A stretch of DNA of 64,000 nt from the human T2T-CHM13v2.0 reference genome, Homo sapiens, in the NCBI RefSeq assembly GCF_009914755.1, contig NC_060929.1; one strand, given 5' to 3'. The position numbers and the translations under genes were made by a program. Of this stretch, positions 1 through 16,506 are shown piece by piece. A model generated the notes under the pieces. It made no database searches. It was not told the origin of the DNA and was given only the letters and a program-made list of their open reading frames with translations. Positions within the stretch are counted from its first letter, which is position 1; every line of letters begins with the position of its first letter.

Positions 1-279
1 AGGGCAAGATTCTCAATAGTATAAAAACTTAGAAATAATAAGAGTTGGAGACAAAGTGTTATCACTTTTTCACAAAGTGTATGTGGCTGCAACATAAGAA
101 GTCACCAGTAATAGAAAATGAAAGTGAGAAGGACCAAAGGTACCATAATAGATAACAATTAGAAAGTTAACTTATAAAAAGATTTGTTGGACCTCTGCTA
201 GAAACCAAAGTTAGTAATATATGTCAAGGCACAAAATTTCCCGGTTATTCTGGACTGCATAAATGACCTACATGATACA

Positions 280-499
280 TGTTTCTTTCCTTCCTCCCTC
301 CTTCTTTCCCTTCCTCCCTTCCTCCCTCCTTGTTCCTTCCTGCCTGCCTTCCCTTCCTCCTTCCTTCCTTCCTTCCTTCCTCCCTCCCTTCTTTCCTTCC
401 TTCCTCTCTTTTCTTTTCTTCTCTTTTTTTCTTTATTGCTCTTTCCTTCCTTCCTTCCTTCTTTCTTTCTTTTTCTTTTTTCTTTCTTTCTTTTCTTTC
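280..499. repeat. Polypyrimidine low-complexity tract, (CCTT)n/(CTTT)n
   Basis: About 220 bp almost entirely C/T on + (ccttccttcc..., ctttctttc...). It explains ORFs 198..509, 263..544 and 279..512. Confidence 0.95.
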
Positions 500-2598
500 C
501 AGAAAACATTAATAAGATGTGCCTGTTATCTGGTGTTTAAATAGAAGGGAATTATATTCATCCATATCATGCGGCTTGGTTCCCCCAAATGTTGTTTGGA
601 TCAGAGAGATAAAAAATTTTTTTTCCAAAATGTTTGCCAAGATGCAGTGTCTCTAATTGACTGTCAATCTTCAGTGGACTACAACAGTGTTTATGCATAA
701 TGAGTTCCTGGACTCATGCCCTTTTAATAATTCAACATACAGGAAGGCACATATATCTGGCAAGCATCCAACACATACAAAAAATCAAGTCTTCTCGGGG
801 TATCCAAAGATAGTCTCAGAAGAAAGCTATTACTTTGTCTTAGGAAATTCCCTACTTAAAATAGCCTTTTTTTTTTTTTGCATACCTTGTTAGTTGTGAC
901 TTTTGAAGAAACTAAATGTCATCATATTCTGGCTATTATAGTTACATTGTTTTGGATATAGTACATTTATTAAAGAGAGTATGTAGAGTTCATTACTTTC
1001 TATGTGCTAATATATAAAATGCACATACTTCATATCTTATAGTTGCATTTCAAAACAATTTTTAGTGTTCACCTTATAAAAATTCTGATTATTTTTCTCT
1101 CAAATAAGTGAATTAAAAGTGAAATGTGCAATATATATTAACACCAAAGCCTCTCTTTTCTAGGTGAAGACGATATATATCAAACACTTAAACTCTCAGA
1201 TAGGAGAGTATAATGCCTACCAAAAGGTAAAGGTAATTAGTTAAGACGCTCATTTTATGCTCTATACCTATACCTCATCTTTTTAAGACAAACATAAGTG
1301 TACATTCTTAAACATCAAAAAGATCTACTAGAACAATTTGCCATTGAATCAAAAGTTCTATAACTTACTTTCATAGAATTAATAAGGCAGAATCATCTAT
1401 TCCTTCACATGTCTCTATTTGACTGCAACAAATGCAAAAACTGTGACTTGGCCAAAATACAATGGTTTCCAACTATAAAAGTCAGTCCTACACTATCAAG
1501 CAAATATTTGCATCAAACCATTTATTCAGTGATGTGAAATTTAGTTCTGTGTATTCAGCACATTACTGTTTACTTGAAACAGGTGACAGATGTATTAGAA
1601 AGAGCATAAGGCTTCTGATTGAAATTCCAGCTTCAATTCTCAAAGGTCTAAGATGTTCAGCAAGTTTTTCAATTACTTTGAGCCTCAGTTACTTAGGGGA
1701 AAATCTTAATCTCAAGATGTAAATTTATGAGTATGTGTTGTGTGGGAAGCATAATTTAATAATCCAAAGAAGTTGACTGGCACTCAATAAGTAATCAATA
1801 AATGTCAGTCCCCCTCTTCCTCTTCTAGGTAGATATTGTAAGAATTCTGTCTAAAACAATACTGTTATCCAGAAACATATGCAAAGAATATACATTCTGG
1901 AATTAATTTGATGACAAAAGAATTAGAGAAACAAGACGCAGACAAATTTGCACTCTTATGTTAATAAACCAAATGGCTGTAATTTGGAAGAAGCACTATA
2001 AAAATAGTGCTTCTTCAGAAGGGAAGCGTGAAATCAGGAAAGTATCTTAGAATCAGCACCTAACAAAACTTTCAGTCTTTTTTATTGTAATTTATTTTGT
2101 TATATATATATTCATATATGTTATTTCAGATCCAAAACTATGCTAAGAAGAAAACAATAGTATGAGACTATGCTCAACATGCCACTCACATATCTACAAT
2201 ATAGAACTCATAACAAATTCATTTTATTCTGGAAATTAGAGTAAAATTCAAAATGTCTCTTTGCCCGTTTTTCACTTTTAACATTATTAGTATTTTAATT
2301 TTGAATGTTTGGTTCTTACATTATTGTGGATCAGAATAGAAAAAGGCATCTATCAATGTATGTATGTATGAGAGCAGAACATTATATCATGCATCTCTTG
2401 TATGCTTATTCTTAACTATAATATATGGCAAATATCTAAAAACCATAATTAACAATATAAACTACTTAAATTATTTTCAAAGGAACATTATTTTAAATCA
2501 CAATGAATTAAAAATGTTGTGAGCACCATAATATTTAAAATATCAATAAAGAACACAAAGTTCTTTACCAAAAAGGACTATAGTTTTTAAACTTTACG

Positions 2599-3547
2599 TT
2601 TTTTAAGCTTTTTTTAGGCTCAGGGGTATATATGCAGATTTGTTTATATAGATAAACTTGTGGCATGGGAGTTTGTTGTAGAGATTATTTCATCACCCAG
2701 ATACTAAGCCTAGTGCCCAATAGTTATTGTATCTGATCCCCCTTTTTCTCTACCCTCAGGTAGGCTCTAGAATCTGCTGTTGCCCTCTATGTGTGCATGT
2801 GTTCTCATCATTTAGCTCTTACTTGTAAGTGAGAACATGCAATATTTTGTTTTCTGTTTCTGCATTAGTTTGCTAAAGATGATGGCCTTAACCTCCATCC
2901 ATGTTCCTGCATAGGACATAGTCTCATTCTTTTTTATGGCTGCATAGTATTCTATGGTGTATATATACCACATTTTCTTTATCCAGTCTATCATTGATGG
3001 GCATTTAGGTTGATTCCATGTCTTCGCTATTGTGAATAGGGCTCTGTTGAACATACAAGTGTACGTGTCTTTATGATAGAATGATTTATATTCTTTTGGG
3101 TATATATCCAATAAAGGGATAGCTGGGTTGAATGGTAGTTCTGCTATTAGCTCTTTGAGGAACTGCCATACTGCTTTCCACAATGGTTGAACTAATTTAT
3201 ACTCCCACCAATAGTGTATAAGCATTCCCTTTTCTCTGCAGCCTCAACAGCATCTGTTTTTTGGCTTTCTAATAATAGCTATTCTGAATGGTGTGATATG
3301 GTTTGCCATTGTAGTTTTGATTTGCATTTCTCTAATGATGAGTAATATTGAGTTTTTTTCCTATGTTTATTGGCTGCATGTGTGTCTTCTTTTGAGAAAT
3401 GTCTGTTCATGTCCTTTGCCCACTTTTTTATGGGGTTGTTTGTTGTTTTCTTGTAAATTTGTTTAAGTTCCTGATAGATGTTGGATATTAGACCTTTGTC
3501 AGATGCATAGTTTGCAAATATTTTTCCCCATTCTGTAGGTTATCTGT
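2599..3547 (-). mobile_element. 5'-truncated older primate L1PA (approx. L1PA11-13): 3' UTR plus ORF2 C-terminus
   Basis: T-rich tail at ~2600, then L1 3'UTR antisense (ggggtatatatgcagatttgtt...). ORF 2812..3225 (-) reads as ORF2p C-terminus ([14 protein letters not shown]...IAKTWNQPKCP). Confidence 0.9.
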
Positions 3548-5176
3548 AAAACACTCACTTTTATTAATGTTTTGAACTCAAACCACATTTAACAGCAGAA
3601 GTGTGTGATATGTTCTTTAGATTTCTTGCCCTGGTTCATAACAATCAATTTAACTGTCCATTTTCAGTAACAAACTAGAAGATAATATTAAATTAATTTA
3701 GAGATTTGGGTTGAAAGAAATAGAATCCCATTGAGTTAGCTTATTACAAAAAAGAAATCCATTTGTGCAACATCTCAGACCCTAATATAGGGGTAAATCC
3801 TAACATCAAGAATAAATTAGAACCAGGACTAAAATAGGATCAGGATCCTTTCTTTCCATCTCTGTCTTCTGTAACTTTCTGAGCACAGTTATTTTCTCTT
3901 CTGTTACCAAAGACAAAGTCTCATGATTTTTACTTTACGCAATTAGACATGACTGACCCCAGCTCCCAAGTTTACGTCTCCATTCCATATGTATTTGTTG
4001 TTCTAATTCCTAGGGCAGGGAATTGGATTGGCCCTGGATGATGAATCTATCCTGAACTAGTTAGTCGTATTCATGAGAGCAGAATGCTATTTTCTGGATC
4101 TAGATTCTCCTACATTAACCACGTGCTTGGAGAATGCAGAACTGCTGGTGTTGTGGGATAGAATTAGGATGTCCCTCTGAATATCTAGCCAGGAAAACTA
4201 GAAACAGCCCAAGTGGGCAGCAATGATGAAACTAGCAAGTATTCTGTAGCATGGCCCAGGCAAGAAAGGGAGAATTCAGAAGAGAACCATTGGCAGAAGG
4301 AAAATAAAATGAGAAAGAAAAAGAAAACCAAAAGAAGGATGATAAAATGGCAGCCTTTCATTTGTGTATTTCAGCTGAAGCATGTTCAGTATACTACACA
4401 AAGCCAATGTTACAAATACCTCATCTTGGTATACACCAGTCTAGAAATATGTCATTCTCATTATCAACAACAACAACCACAAAATGATTTTCTTTCACAT
4501 ATTTTCATAGTAGCATGGATGTTTCCCCATAATAAGCCTAGTGAAAATGATGGAAGAAAATTAATTTTTTAATTTTCTTTAATTTATCTCCTAAATTATG
4601 ACTCTAAGAGACTGGATAAAAATTGGATACGTAAAATTTATTTTATATGTTTTAGATGCAGATCTCAAATTGTGGCAAAATAGAATTCTCAGCATACCAT
4701 TAGCATAACTTTCATTCCCCTGTGGGCCTCCAGCTGAAAGCAAACTCTAGTCAGTTCCCTTATCTCTGTTTCCAATAGAAGAGAAAAGATAGCTAATCTT
4801 TCAGTACAATTAGGTATAGAAAAAAATCAAGCCTTTTGCTAAAAGATGCAGATACCTCCTACCAGAAAATTTATCTTTAATGGTTATCCGGAGTTGTCTT
4901 AAAGCCTATGTCAAAATATAAGAGTTAAGGATTCTTTAGACAGCCTTTGAGGAGACATAAATAGAGTGGCTTGATGATAGGATAAGTTGTAAAAAAACAA
5001 CACTGGTCTTAGCACAATTATCCTGAATTAATTAAGAAAAGAGAAATACAATGTGTAAATTGTGTTAAGGAGCATGTGCTTCATTTTCTCACTAAAGATC
5101 AAACTTAATGTCAGAAGTATCCTAAGTTGTTAGTCAAGCTATCCTACAACAGTGGCCCTTAATCCAGTTATCCTAA

Positions 5177-5330
5177 AGCAATGGCTCTCATACATTTGCA
5201 TCCACTCTAAACACCTTGAGGGCTTACAAAACAGCTTGCTCTATGCCACCCCAGATTTTCTGATTCAAACAAGTTTTCAGGTGATCAGGATGCCTCTGGC
5301 TCCCTGTCCACACTTTGAGAACAACTAACT
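5177..5330. mobile_element. MER5A-like hAT-Charlie MITE
   Basis: Ends gcaatggctctca... and ...cacactttgagaacaact, with internal ttctgattc...caggtgat...gatgc, resemble the recalled MER5A consensus. Confidence 0.55.
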
Positions 5331-5743
5331 TAAAGCTGAGATACTATTGAGTGGTTCCAAATCTTAAGGTAGTTAATTTGCAAGATTTATAGTATATGCT
5401 GCTTCCCTCATGTGGACAAAACCAAATGAAAAGTATAAGTATAGAAATAATGATAACAAGGGAGTAAGAATATTCCATAAGGCTACAGATCAAGATTACA
5501 TTATGTTGCTTTTGCACTAAGGGTGCTAGTGCCCTTTCTTTTAGTAGGTACAATTTTTTTTTTTTAGGAAAACTATGTGTGCTAAAGGCATATGATATAC
5601 AGAACTACTAGTTTGCATAATGCATTATGCTTTAGAAATTATATTACAAATAATTCAAACCATCTGGGGCATTTTTTAAAAATCAGGTTCTTGGGATGAA
5701 TCCTTAGATGTTAATTATATGGGTCACCTCTGGCCGCAGAATT

Positions 5744-6112
5744 TGTGAACTGTTTTCTATCCACTCTGCCTAGACAGTTTTTTTTGTTTGTTTTTCATTT
5801 TAGTTATATGAACTAGATCTGGTAAAATGCCAGTGGGGAGTACTGAATTTACTTAATAAATCCATATCACTTGCATCAAACTATTTTTTTTAAAAAAAGC
5901 TTATAAAATTTCTAGAGTTTTCATCAGTCCTATATTTATACCTTGAAATATATTTCATCATATAAAACTGTTTGGAAAATATGAACATTTTTTCTAATAT
6001 GGCATATTAAGTTTCAGGTGGAATTAATTTCAAATTTTAGTCCACTTGATCTCTTGATTCTTAGGAAAGAAGTTGATCTAAACTTAACCTCAACCAGAAA
6101 TAAACTTTGTTT
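5744..6112 (+). repeat. Local duplication, copy 1 (~365 bp)
   Basis: Near-identical to 6694-7052. The twin ORFs 6018 and 6958 both begin MELISNFSPLDLLILRKE. Confidence 0.95.
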
Positions 6113-6214
6113 ATTTTATATATATAATATATATAATATTTATAATATGCAGTTTACTGACTCCTCTGAAGGAAGCTTAGCAGATTATATTCTGGGATAT
6201 ATTGTCCTTTACTA

Positions 6215-6385
6215 ACACTGTTAGTTAGATATAAAGAGTCAGATTATTCTCCCATTTTACTAATGAGGAAATGTATTTAGACAGATAATGCTTTGTCAAA
6301 TGTCCTAACTTTGGTATGTGTTAGTTTCAGAACTCAAACTGAAAAAAGTCTTTGACTTTTACTTCGATGCTTTCATTCAGCATAT
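6215..6385 (-). mobile_element. MIR fragment
   Basis: attattctcccattttactaatgaggaaat matches the MIR core antisense. Confidence 0.5.
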
Positions 6386-6693
6386 CACATTATCTTAAAA
6401 ATATGAGTAAAAGGAGCATAGATAATCTTCAAAGATAAAAATCCAATCAATAGAGATAGAATGTTATTTATCTGTTGGCACTTTTGTCCATACCATTAAC
6501 TATTTTGAAATCTGAGACACAAATGGTCTTCCCAATTAGTTTATAATAAAAGAAGGAAAGAACATTTTAAGTTCATATAGAATGTAACTGATTGTCCCTA
6601 CATGCTGAATTCCTCACATCACTCCTCACAGGGAAAGACTTGGTTAAACAAAGTCTTAAGAATAAAGGAAGAACCTACTAAAATGGCATGAAA

Positions 6694-7052
6694 TGTGAAC
6701 TGTTTTATATCTGCTGTGCTTAGAGAGTTTTTTTTTTTCATTTTAGTTATATGAACTAGATCTGGTAAAATGCCAGTGGGGAGTCCTGAATTTACTTAAT
6801 AAATCCATATCACTTGCATCAAACTATTTTTTTTAAAAGCTTGTAAAATTTCTAGAGTTTTCATCAGTCCTGTATTTATAGCTTGAGATATATTTCATCA
6901 TATAAAACTGTTTGGAAAATATGAACATTTTTTCTAATATGGCATATTAAGTTTCAGGTGGAATTAATTTCAAATTTTAGTCCACTTGATCTCTTGATTC
7001 TTAGGAAAGAATTTGATCTAAATTTAACCTCACCCAGAAATAAACTTTGTTT
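6694..7052 (+). repeat. Local duplication, copy 2
   Basis: tgtgaactgtttt...taaactttgttt aligns to 5744-6112 with only scattered substitutions and homopolymer length differences. Confidence 0.95.
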
Positions 7053-9288
7053 TCAGCAGCTCAGAGTTCAATTTCATACATCTCATGATACATTAGGACC
7101 TTTGCTCACAAATGAAACTGTGAGTACAACAGGAACACTTTCCAACCCTCACCAAGGATATGGGGTGGATCAAAAAGAGCTGTTAAATGATTATTAAACT
7201 CTTATATCTCTGTAAGTTCTCTCTGACTGGCTAATGGAAAAAAGCTGGTGAAAAACATTTTTCTCTGTTGTCAGGCCAGCATTATTATTGTGAACACTGT
7301 TTCAATTGGACTTCTTAGCAGTTTCATAAAAGAAGACCATTAGGAATTATCCCATATGCTTTAGTTTATATGCTGCTTAATTTTAATGGAAAATTAAGAG
7401 TTTCCTTCTGGTTTGCTCAGTGATCTCTCTCTTCTTGAATTTCTATTTCCCATATGTGTTTAATATGTCAAAAAGTCACAGGTAAAATCCAAAACCCATA
7501 TTCATCACACGCAAAAAAATAGTAATTATGTGGAATCTCCAATCAATATCCGGGCTTGCACACTATGTGAGGATTTTGTGCTTCACAGCTCTAAGTAGCC
7601 AAACTGGATATGCTTTAATCAGTTTTGTTTTCATAGGCTTTAGATTCTCTTTTTAAAATTAGCATAATGAACAAGTAATTTCTTCCATCTCTCATTTGTC
7701 TCCTAGAAGAAAGAGTTCATTAAACTGATTGCATTTGTCTTGTTAGAGAGGAACTTTCACTCCAAAGAGCAAGTTTCATTCCACCCTAACCCTGATTTAG
7801 TTTCATAAAGTTTAGCACTTAAGGCAGTAAAGATACTTTTAAAAATGCCCAGGCTTTGAACTTTTCAGTCTAAATCCTTTTGTGAACTAAAATAATTTTC
7901 CTTACTAAGCAATGCAAAGCATCTATATAAAACCTCCATGGAATAAACTGTTAGTTTATAAATCCTTTGCCTTTCTAGTTTATGTGAACCTCTTAGTCTT
8001 TCTGTTTCTGTACAGCAATAAAATTGTTACTTCTTGAGATAGGTTGAATGGAATATACTATTAGAAAATATTTCCCAGAATAAGGCCATGAGTTGTTGTT
8101 GTGATTGTCGTTAATCACAGGATGATTACAGCTGTTTTCTCCTACTCTTTATTAGTGTTACTTGAAATACTCTCTTATTATTAACATTGAACATCTATGA
8201 AACCTAATAAGCCACATTATTGTTTATATTATATGCTATAATTGTATGATTCCTAGACTTTAGCACAGATATTACTGCTCACTAATATTTCTTACTTAGC
8301 AAACAGCCTACCAATCACTCTTATGGCAATTTGTATTCTAACTTTAATTATGCAAAATTGTCTTTCTAGATACTCTGGAAAGGTGGCCTCATGCAACTTC
8401 TTAATTTGATACAATGCACAAATATGGCATGACAATTATCATAACATATTGACTCTTTTCTCTAATGGTAGGAATAAAGGGTTAATAATTAACCTAATAA
8501 CTGTGATGAAAAAAAAACTCAGAATGTTAAAGGCTATCTCTAATTACCCTTTTCTAAAATGTAGTTTTACAAGATATTTTTGAAAATGTGACCATGTATA
8601 CAATTTATTCGCATACAAAGTTGATGAACTAAAGTACAAGTTAAGGGATAATTGTTCAGTGTTCACATAAATTTTTTTGAGAATCCACCTTTTAAAGTTA
8701 CGATATGTTTTTGAAAATAATTTAGCAAGCTTCTAGGTCTTACTTGAGTACATTATAGCATGAGAAATATATTTTAGTTAAATAAATATAATTTTCTTGG
8801 AATTTGAGAATAAAATCATATTATCCGTGTCATCAGACTTTCATCCTATGCACTCAATTCACTTTAATAAACATTTATGTTTAAATCATGATACTTAATG
8901 GTGTAGGGAACCTCAAGATGGTAAAAGTATGATCTCTAATTTCAAAAAGTTCATAATCTTGCAGATAATTAGAAATGCCTCACTCTAATGATAGTGATAA
9001 TGAGCAACAGTTAAAGATTGTTAGTTTGAACAACCTCACAATCACCTGTTACATAATTACATGCGTCATGGCCAATATTCAGAAAATCATTCTGAAAAGA
9101 TCTTTCTTGAGTTACATGTGAATAGTGCAGGCTCACTGACTTTATTTACTTTACAACTGGACACAGATACGGGAAGATTTCCCCCTATTTTGAGGTTGTT
9201 TCACCTAACTTTTTTGAGGGTGTTTCCACCTAACTTGTTCTACATATCCATTTAAAATCCATTACAATTCTTTTTAAACATGTGTATC

Positions 9289-9583
<295 letters not shown>

Positions 9584-9993
9584 CAAATAGGTATATCTTT
9601 TGAAGAATTGATATACTTTCTTATACTTAATAGTGGCAATTTTGAAAAACAATGTGTTTTACTTTCTTTTGTGAGATGTGGTAGGAGGGATGAATTATGA
9701 GAATAAAATTTTTTTAAATAACTTTTTAATTATTTTAGCCTGATGCACGGTTTCAAAGTATGATCCACAGATGGTCCCTGAGATCCTTTCAGGAGGTCTA
9801 TGAGGTCAACAAGATTCATAATAGTTCTAAAATGACATTTGCCTGTTTTACTGTTTTGATATTTACCATGATGCTACAAAAGCAAAGGTATTTTGGGATT
9901 AGAGTGGGGTTTGGGGTGAGGAAATTGAGGCATTTGTTGAGTGCATAATTAAAGGGGGCACTGAAAAACTCAGTAATCAAGACAAATATTATT

Positions 9994-10375
9994 TTTATTT
10001 GTCCATTTTCACACTGCTATAAAGAACTACCTGAGACTGGGTAATTTATGAAGAAAAGAGATTTAATTGACTTACAGTTCTGCAGGCTTAACAGGAGACA
10101 TGGCTTGGAGGCCTCAGAAAACGTAGAATCATGGCAGAAGGAGAAAGGGAAGCAAGCATGTCTTACCATGGAGGAGCAGTGGAGAGAGAGCAAGGGGGAA
10201 CATGCCACAATATTAAACCATCAAATCTCAGGAGAGCTCACTCACTATCGTGAGAATAGCATGGTGGAAATCCACCCCCATGATCCAATTACTTAACACC
10301 AGGTCCCTCCCCTGACATTTGGGGATTACAATTCAAGATGACATTTGGGTGGGGCCACAGGGCCAAACCATATGG
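9994..10375 (-). mobile_element. ERVL-MaLR solo LTR (MSTA/THE1D-like)
   Basis: gtccattttcacactgctataaagaactacctgagactgggtaatttat...atttgggtggggccacagggccaaaccatat. Confidence 0.9.
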
Positions 10376-10504
10376 ATATTTTAGTCCAATATTTTAAAAA
10401 TCAAAATTAACTAAAAAAAAACAAGATGAACAAAACAACAAAATTTTAATTAAAGACTGATGCCATGTTGAGGCACACTGGGGTCTAAGAAAAAGAATGT
10501 TTTA

Positions 10505-10858
<354 letters not shown>

Positions 10859-11061
10859 TTAACCATTAAAACATACATTTAAAAAAAAGTATGGTACACA
10901 CACACATTTTCCTTTTGACCCAGGCTCCAATATGGCTTGTCCAGTTGTCAAGTTACTGGTAATTAAAACCACTGGATGCAGTGGCACAAAATTCTGTTAG
11001 TAGTCATTGTATCCTTCACCGCCAGGTACTTGTAGAATAAAACATTTAAAAAAAGGGTTTT

Positions 11062-12149
<1,088 letters not shown>

Positions 12150-12389
12150 AAAAAAAGGGTTTTATTTTAAAATGACTATCTTCTGTGAGGCAGTGAGGCA
12201 GTGATAGTGAGACTATGTTCAGATTAAAACCTGATCCTTGTGTATACATGCTTTTTATGTTGTGTGACAAAATGGAAGGAATTCGTAAAGCAATGAATAC
12301 TAAAGTATGATTGTTTTTCTAAAAAAAAATGCACACGTTTGATTGAGTTGTAGGCTCAACAAGCCATTTTTCGATGGAATGCTGTTTTT

Positions 12390-13783
<1,394 letters not shown>

Positions 13784-14569
13784 TCAGAGTTGGATACTGG
13801 CAGACTTCTTGAACATGAATGAATTGAGAAGGACATGTCATAGGAAAAAAAAGAAAAAGACCTGATTTGTCCCCAGTGATAAAATTTGAGCCTCCAAGTA
13901 AATAGGTTTTTTTGAAAATTTTTATTTGCCACCATTTTGTAATGAAATATTTCAACATTTGAAAAAAATTGTGTAACAAAATGAGCCAATATTTTCTGAA
14001 TGACAAATGCATAATTATGGGTAAAATATCCATTCAAAGGGAAGATAAGTCAATAGATTTTCAGTGTATGAAAAGTTCATTGGTATAGGTTCAGATATAA
14101 TTAGGCCTTAAGAAACCACCACTTGTACAGTTTCAATATCATATCAAAAAATAATTTCCATGATCATCTGAAAAGACTATTAAACACTCTTCCCTTTTCC
14201 ACTTACATATCTTTGTGAGGTCATATTTTCATCATACACCTTAACCAAAAAAAAAGTATCTCAATAGGTTGACTATAGAAGTAAATAGAAGAATCTAGTT
14301 GTCATCTCCCAAGCCATAGAGGAGATTTGTAAAACCCATACCACCTTTCTTATTAAATTATTTTTTAAAACATAGTTACTTTTCCAGAACTATGTAACAG
14401 TTATATTAGCATGTAGTGGTTTATTGTTATACTTAAAGGAATCAATTAAAATATTTTTAAAGTTCTGTTTTAAATTTAAAAATTTTAAATTTAAATTAAA
14501 TATTATATCTACACATGGAAGGTGGCAAGAGAGAATTATATAACCAAAGTATTGGAGTTGCATTGATGT

Positions 14570-15130
14570 AAAATGTAGATTGAAGAGTTGGTAAGATAAG
14601 GTTTATGAATAGGCTGCCAAGGTACTAGAAATTTTATTTTTTGAACAAAGAAGAGGCATATTCAGAAGTTTCAGGAATGTAACCCTCTTGGCCACGTGGA
14701 ACATTAAAAGGAAGATAACGAATATAGGTAAACCAGTAAATGACTGCAAAAATCTAAGTGAATGAGATCTAGACCAAGTCAGTATCAGTAGGAAAGAAGG
14801 AAGGGTTATATCCAAGGGATATGTATGAGTAAAATCATCAGGAACAATTTAATACCAAACTGTGTAGAGTTAATTAAGAAAAGATGTTTTCGTAAAGAGC
14901 TTGGTCTACTGAGTAAATGAAGATACTATTATCTGAAAGGTCAAATATATGACAAGGTCATGTTTGGGTGACTAAAATAAGGAAAGCTTTTGTATATGCT
15001 GAGCTTGAAAAGGCTATGGGGTACTCAGAAAAGTAGAGAAGGCAAATATACATTTATATCTGATATTCCAAGGAAAGATCTGGAATGAAAGCAAGCAGTT
15101 TTGCCATTAGGACAAAGTAACAGTTGCAAG
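14570..15130 (-). mobile_element. Degraded L2 fragment
   Basis: Purine-rich L2-like motifs (gctgagcttgaaaaggctatgggg...gaaagatctgga). Confidence 0.4.
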
Positions 15131-15849
15131 CCTGAAAATGATTAATATTGCAAATGCTGTAGCTTAAAAAAAGCACAACTCCACACATTACCAACATATT
15201 GGCTTTTCCCAAAGATAAGCAATAATTCTGTTCACTTCAAAATGCCAGAGGTGATTTTCATATAATCCAAAGGGCATGTACTCAAAAAGTTTGCAATATG
15301 AGGTAAATTTTTACAAGTCAATCTCATTTAATTAACATTAAAGAAAAAACTTTTAAAGGGGGTCTATATAAATTTTGCTATGCAAAATTTTACATGATTC
15401 TTTTGGGAAAAAAAAACACAAAATAGTTTTCCTCATTTAACTTTCTTGCTTTTTTAAACCTGTTTCCTTTTTTTGCTTAAACACTAAGGACACATAAATA
15501 GACTTTGCCTACAGTTGCTATGAAAAGTTTCTCTCATGAGCATGTTATATACTCTTAGGCAAAATTTACTGAGTTCTTTGGTAAAACACAGATTCCTTAG
15601 CCCTGCCTCAAAGCAACTGAATTTGTTACATGTTCTCAACATTGTGATTTTGTTTTAATAAAGTTTCAGAAACACTGCACTAAATAGTCACTGTTGTGTT
15701 TTTCTCCACAGAGATTCTATTTGCATTTTAATACTTTGTGAGTAGCCCAGGTATAGATTTGAACCACTAGTTTATATATTTCTCCTTTGTGACATCTACC
15801 GTACTATTAAACTTATTTCAGTTTATGTGTCTTCACATATGTGTCTTCA

Positions 15850-16047
15850 GGCTTCTATATATGGCTATATATGGTATGTTCATATATGGCTTCCTGTATA
15901 TATATTTTATATATATATATCTCAAATGTAAACTGTATATATAATATATAAATCCCCAATGTAACTGTATATATATATATGTATCTCCAATGTAAACTGT
16001 ATATATATACACATACATATATATACATATATCTCCAATGTAAATTG
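15850..16047. repeat. (TA)n-rich minisatellite with 4 copies of atctccaatgtaaactgtata
   Basis: Units at ~15919, 15952, 15983 and 16031, separated by (TA)n. Confidence 0.85.
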
Positions 16048-16059
16048 TTTCATTTATTC

Positions 16060-16506
16060 TCTTAAATCAGTTTCCCCCAGAAAACAACTTCTAAGATGTA
16101 TTTATATACTTAGATGGTTTATTAGGGAGTGTCCTCAAGAAACACACTTGTATGGAATGGAGAAAACAGGTTTGCGTAGAAGGAGAAGCTGTAATGCAAT
16201 AAAGTTGCAACAAAGACCTCAGTCCATCTCGTGATATGCAAAAGAGCTAGGAGGGACTTGCAGAGTTGTTGCAAAATGAAGCAGTAAAACTGATCATTTG
16301 TACCCATTCATCACTAATTTTTGGATTTGAAAAATCCCTAGAAATAAGATGAAACCTCAAGTGAGGCAGCCAAGATCAGCAAAGGCCAATTCCTAGGGAG
16401 GAAGTAAGCTGTGAAATATCAATACCTAAAAACCCGGACAGCAGCTAAAAACAAGTGCCTGGTTCCTAAAGGTGTAGTCTGAATGCAGACCTATGTAATT
16501 CACTAT
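16060..16506 (-). mobile_element. ERVL solo LTR (LTR16-family-like)
   Basis: tcagtttcccccagaaaac...ggtttattagggagtg...gttgcaacaaagacctcag...ggccaattcctagggagga resembles LTR16 antisense. Confidence 0.55.

Noticed and set aside
198-544. K/R/E/G-rich and F/L/P/S-rich ORFs
   Set aside because: They are translations of the (CCTT)n simple repeat.
1164-1226. Possible 63-nt + strand exon (ttttctag|...AAG|gtaaag, open in phase 0)
   Set aside because: Unrecognised peptide, no partner exons and a mediocre donor; expected by chance.
4213-4572. 119-aa ORF
   Set aside because: Non-ATG (GTG) start, low-complexity A-rich sequence, no domain and no splice context.
6018-7197. Paired ORFs starting MELISNFSPLDLL as duplicated small genes
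   Set aside because: GTG starts; the similarity reflects only the DNA duplication and ends at its boundary.
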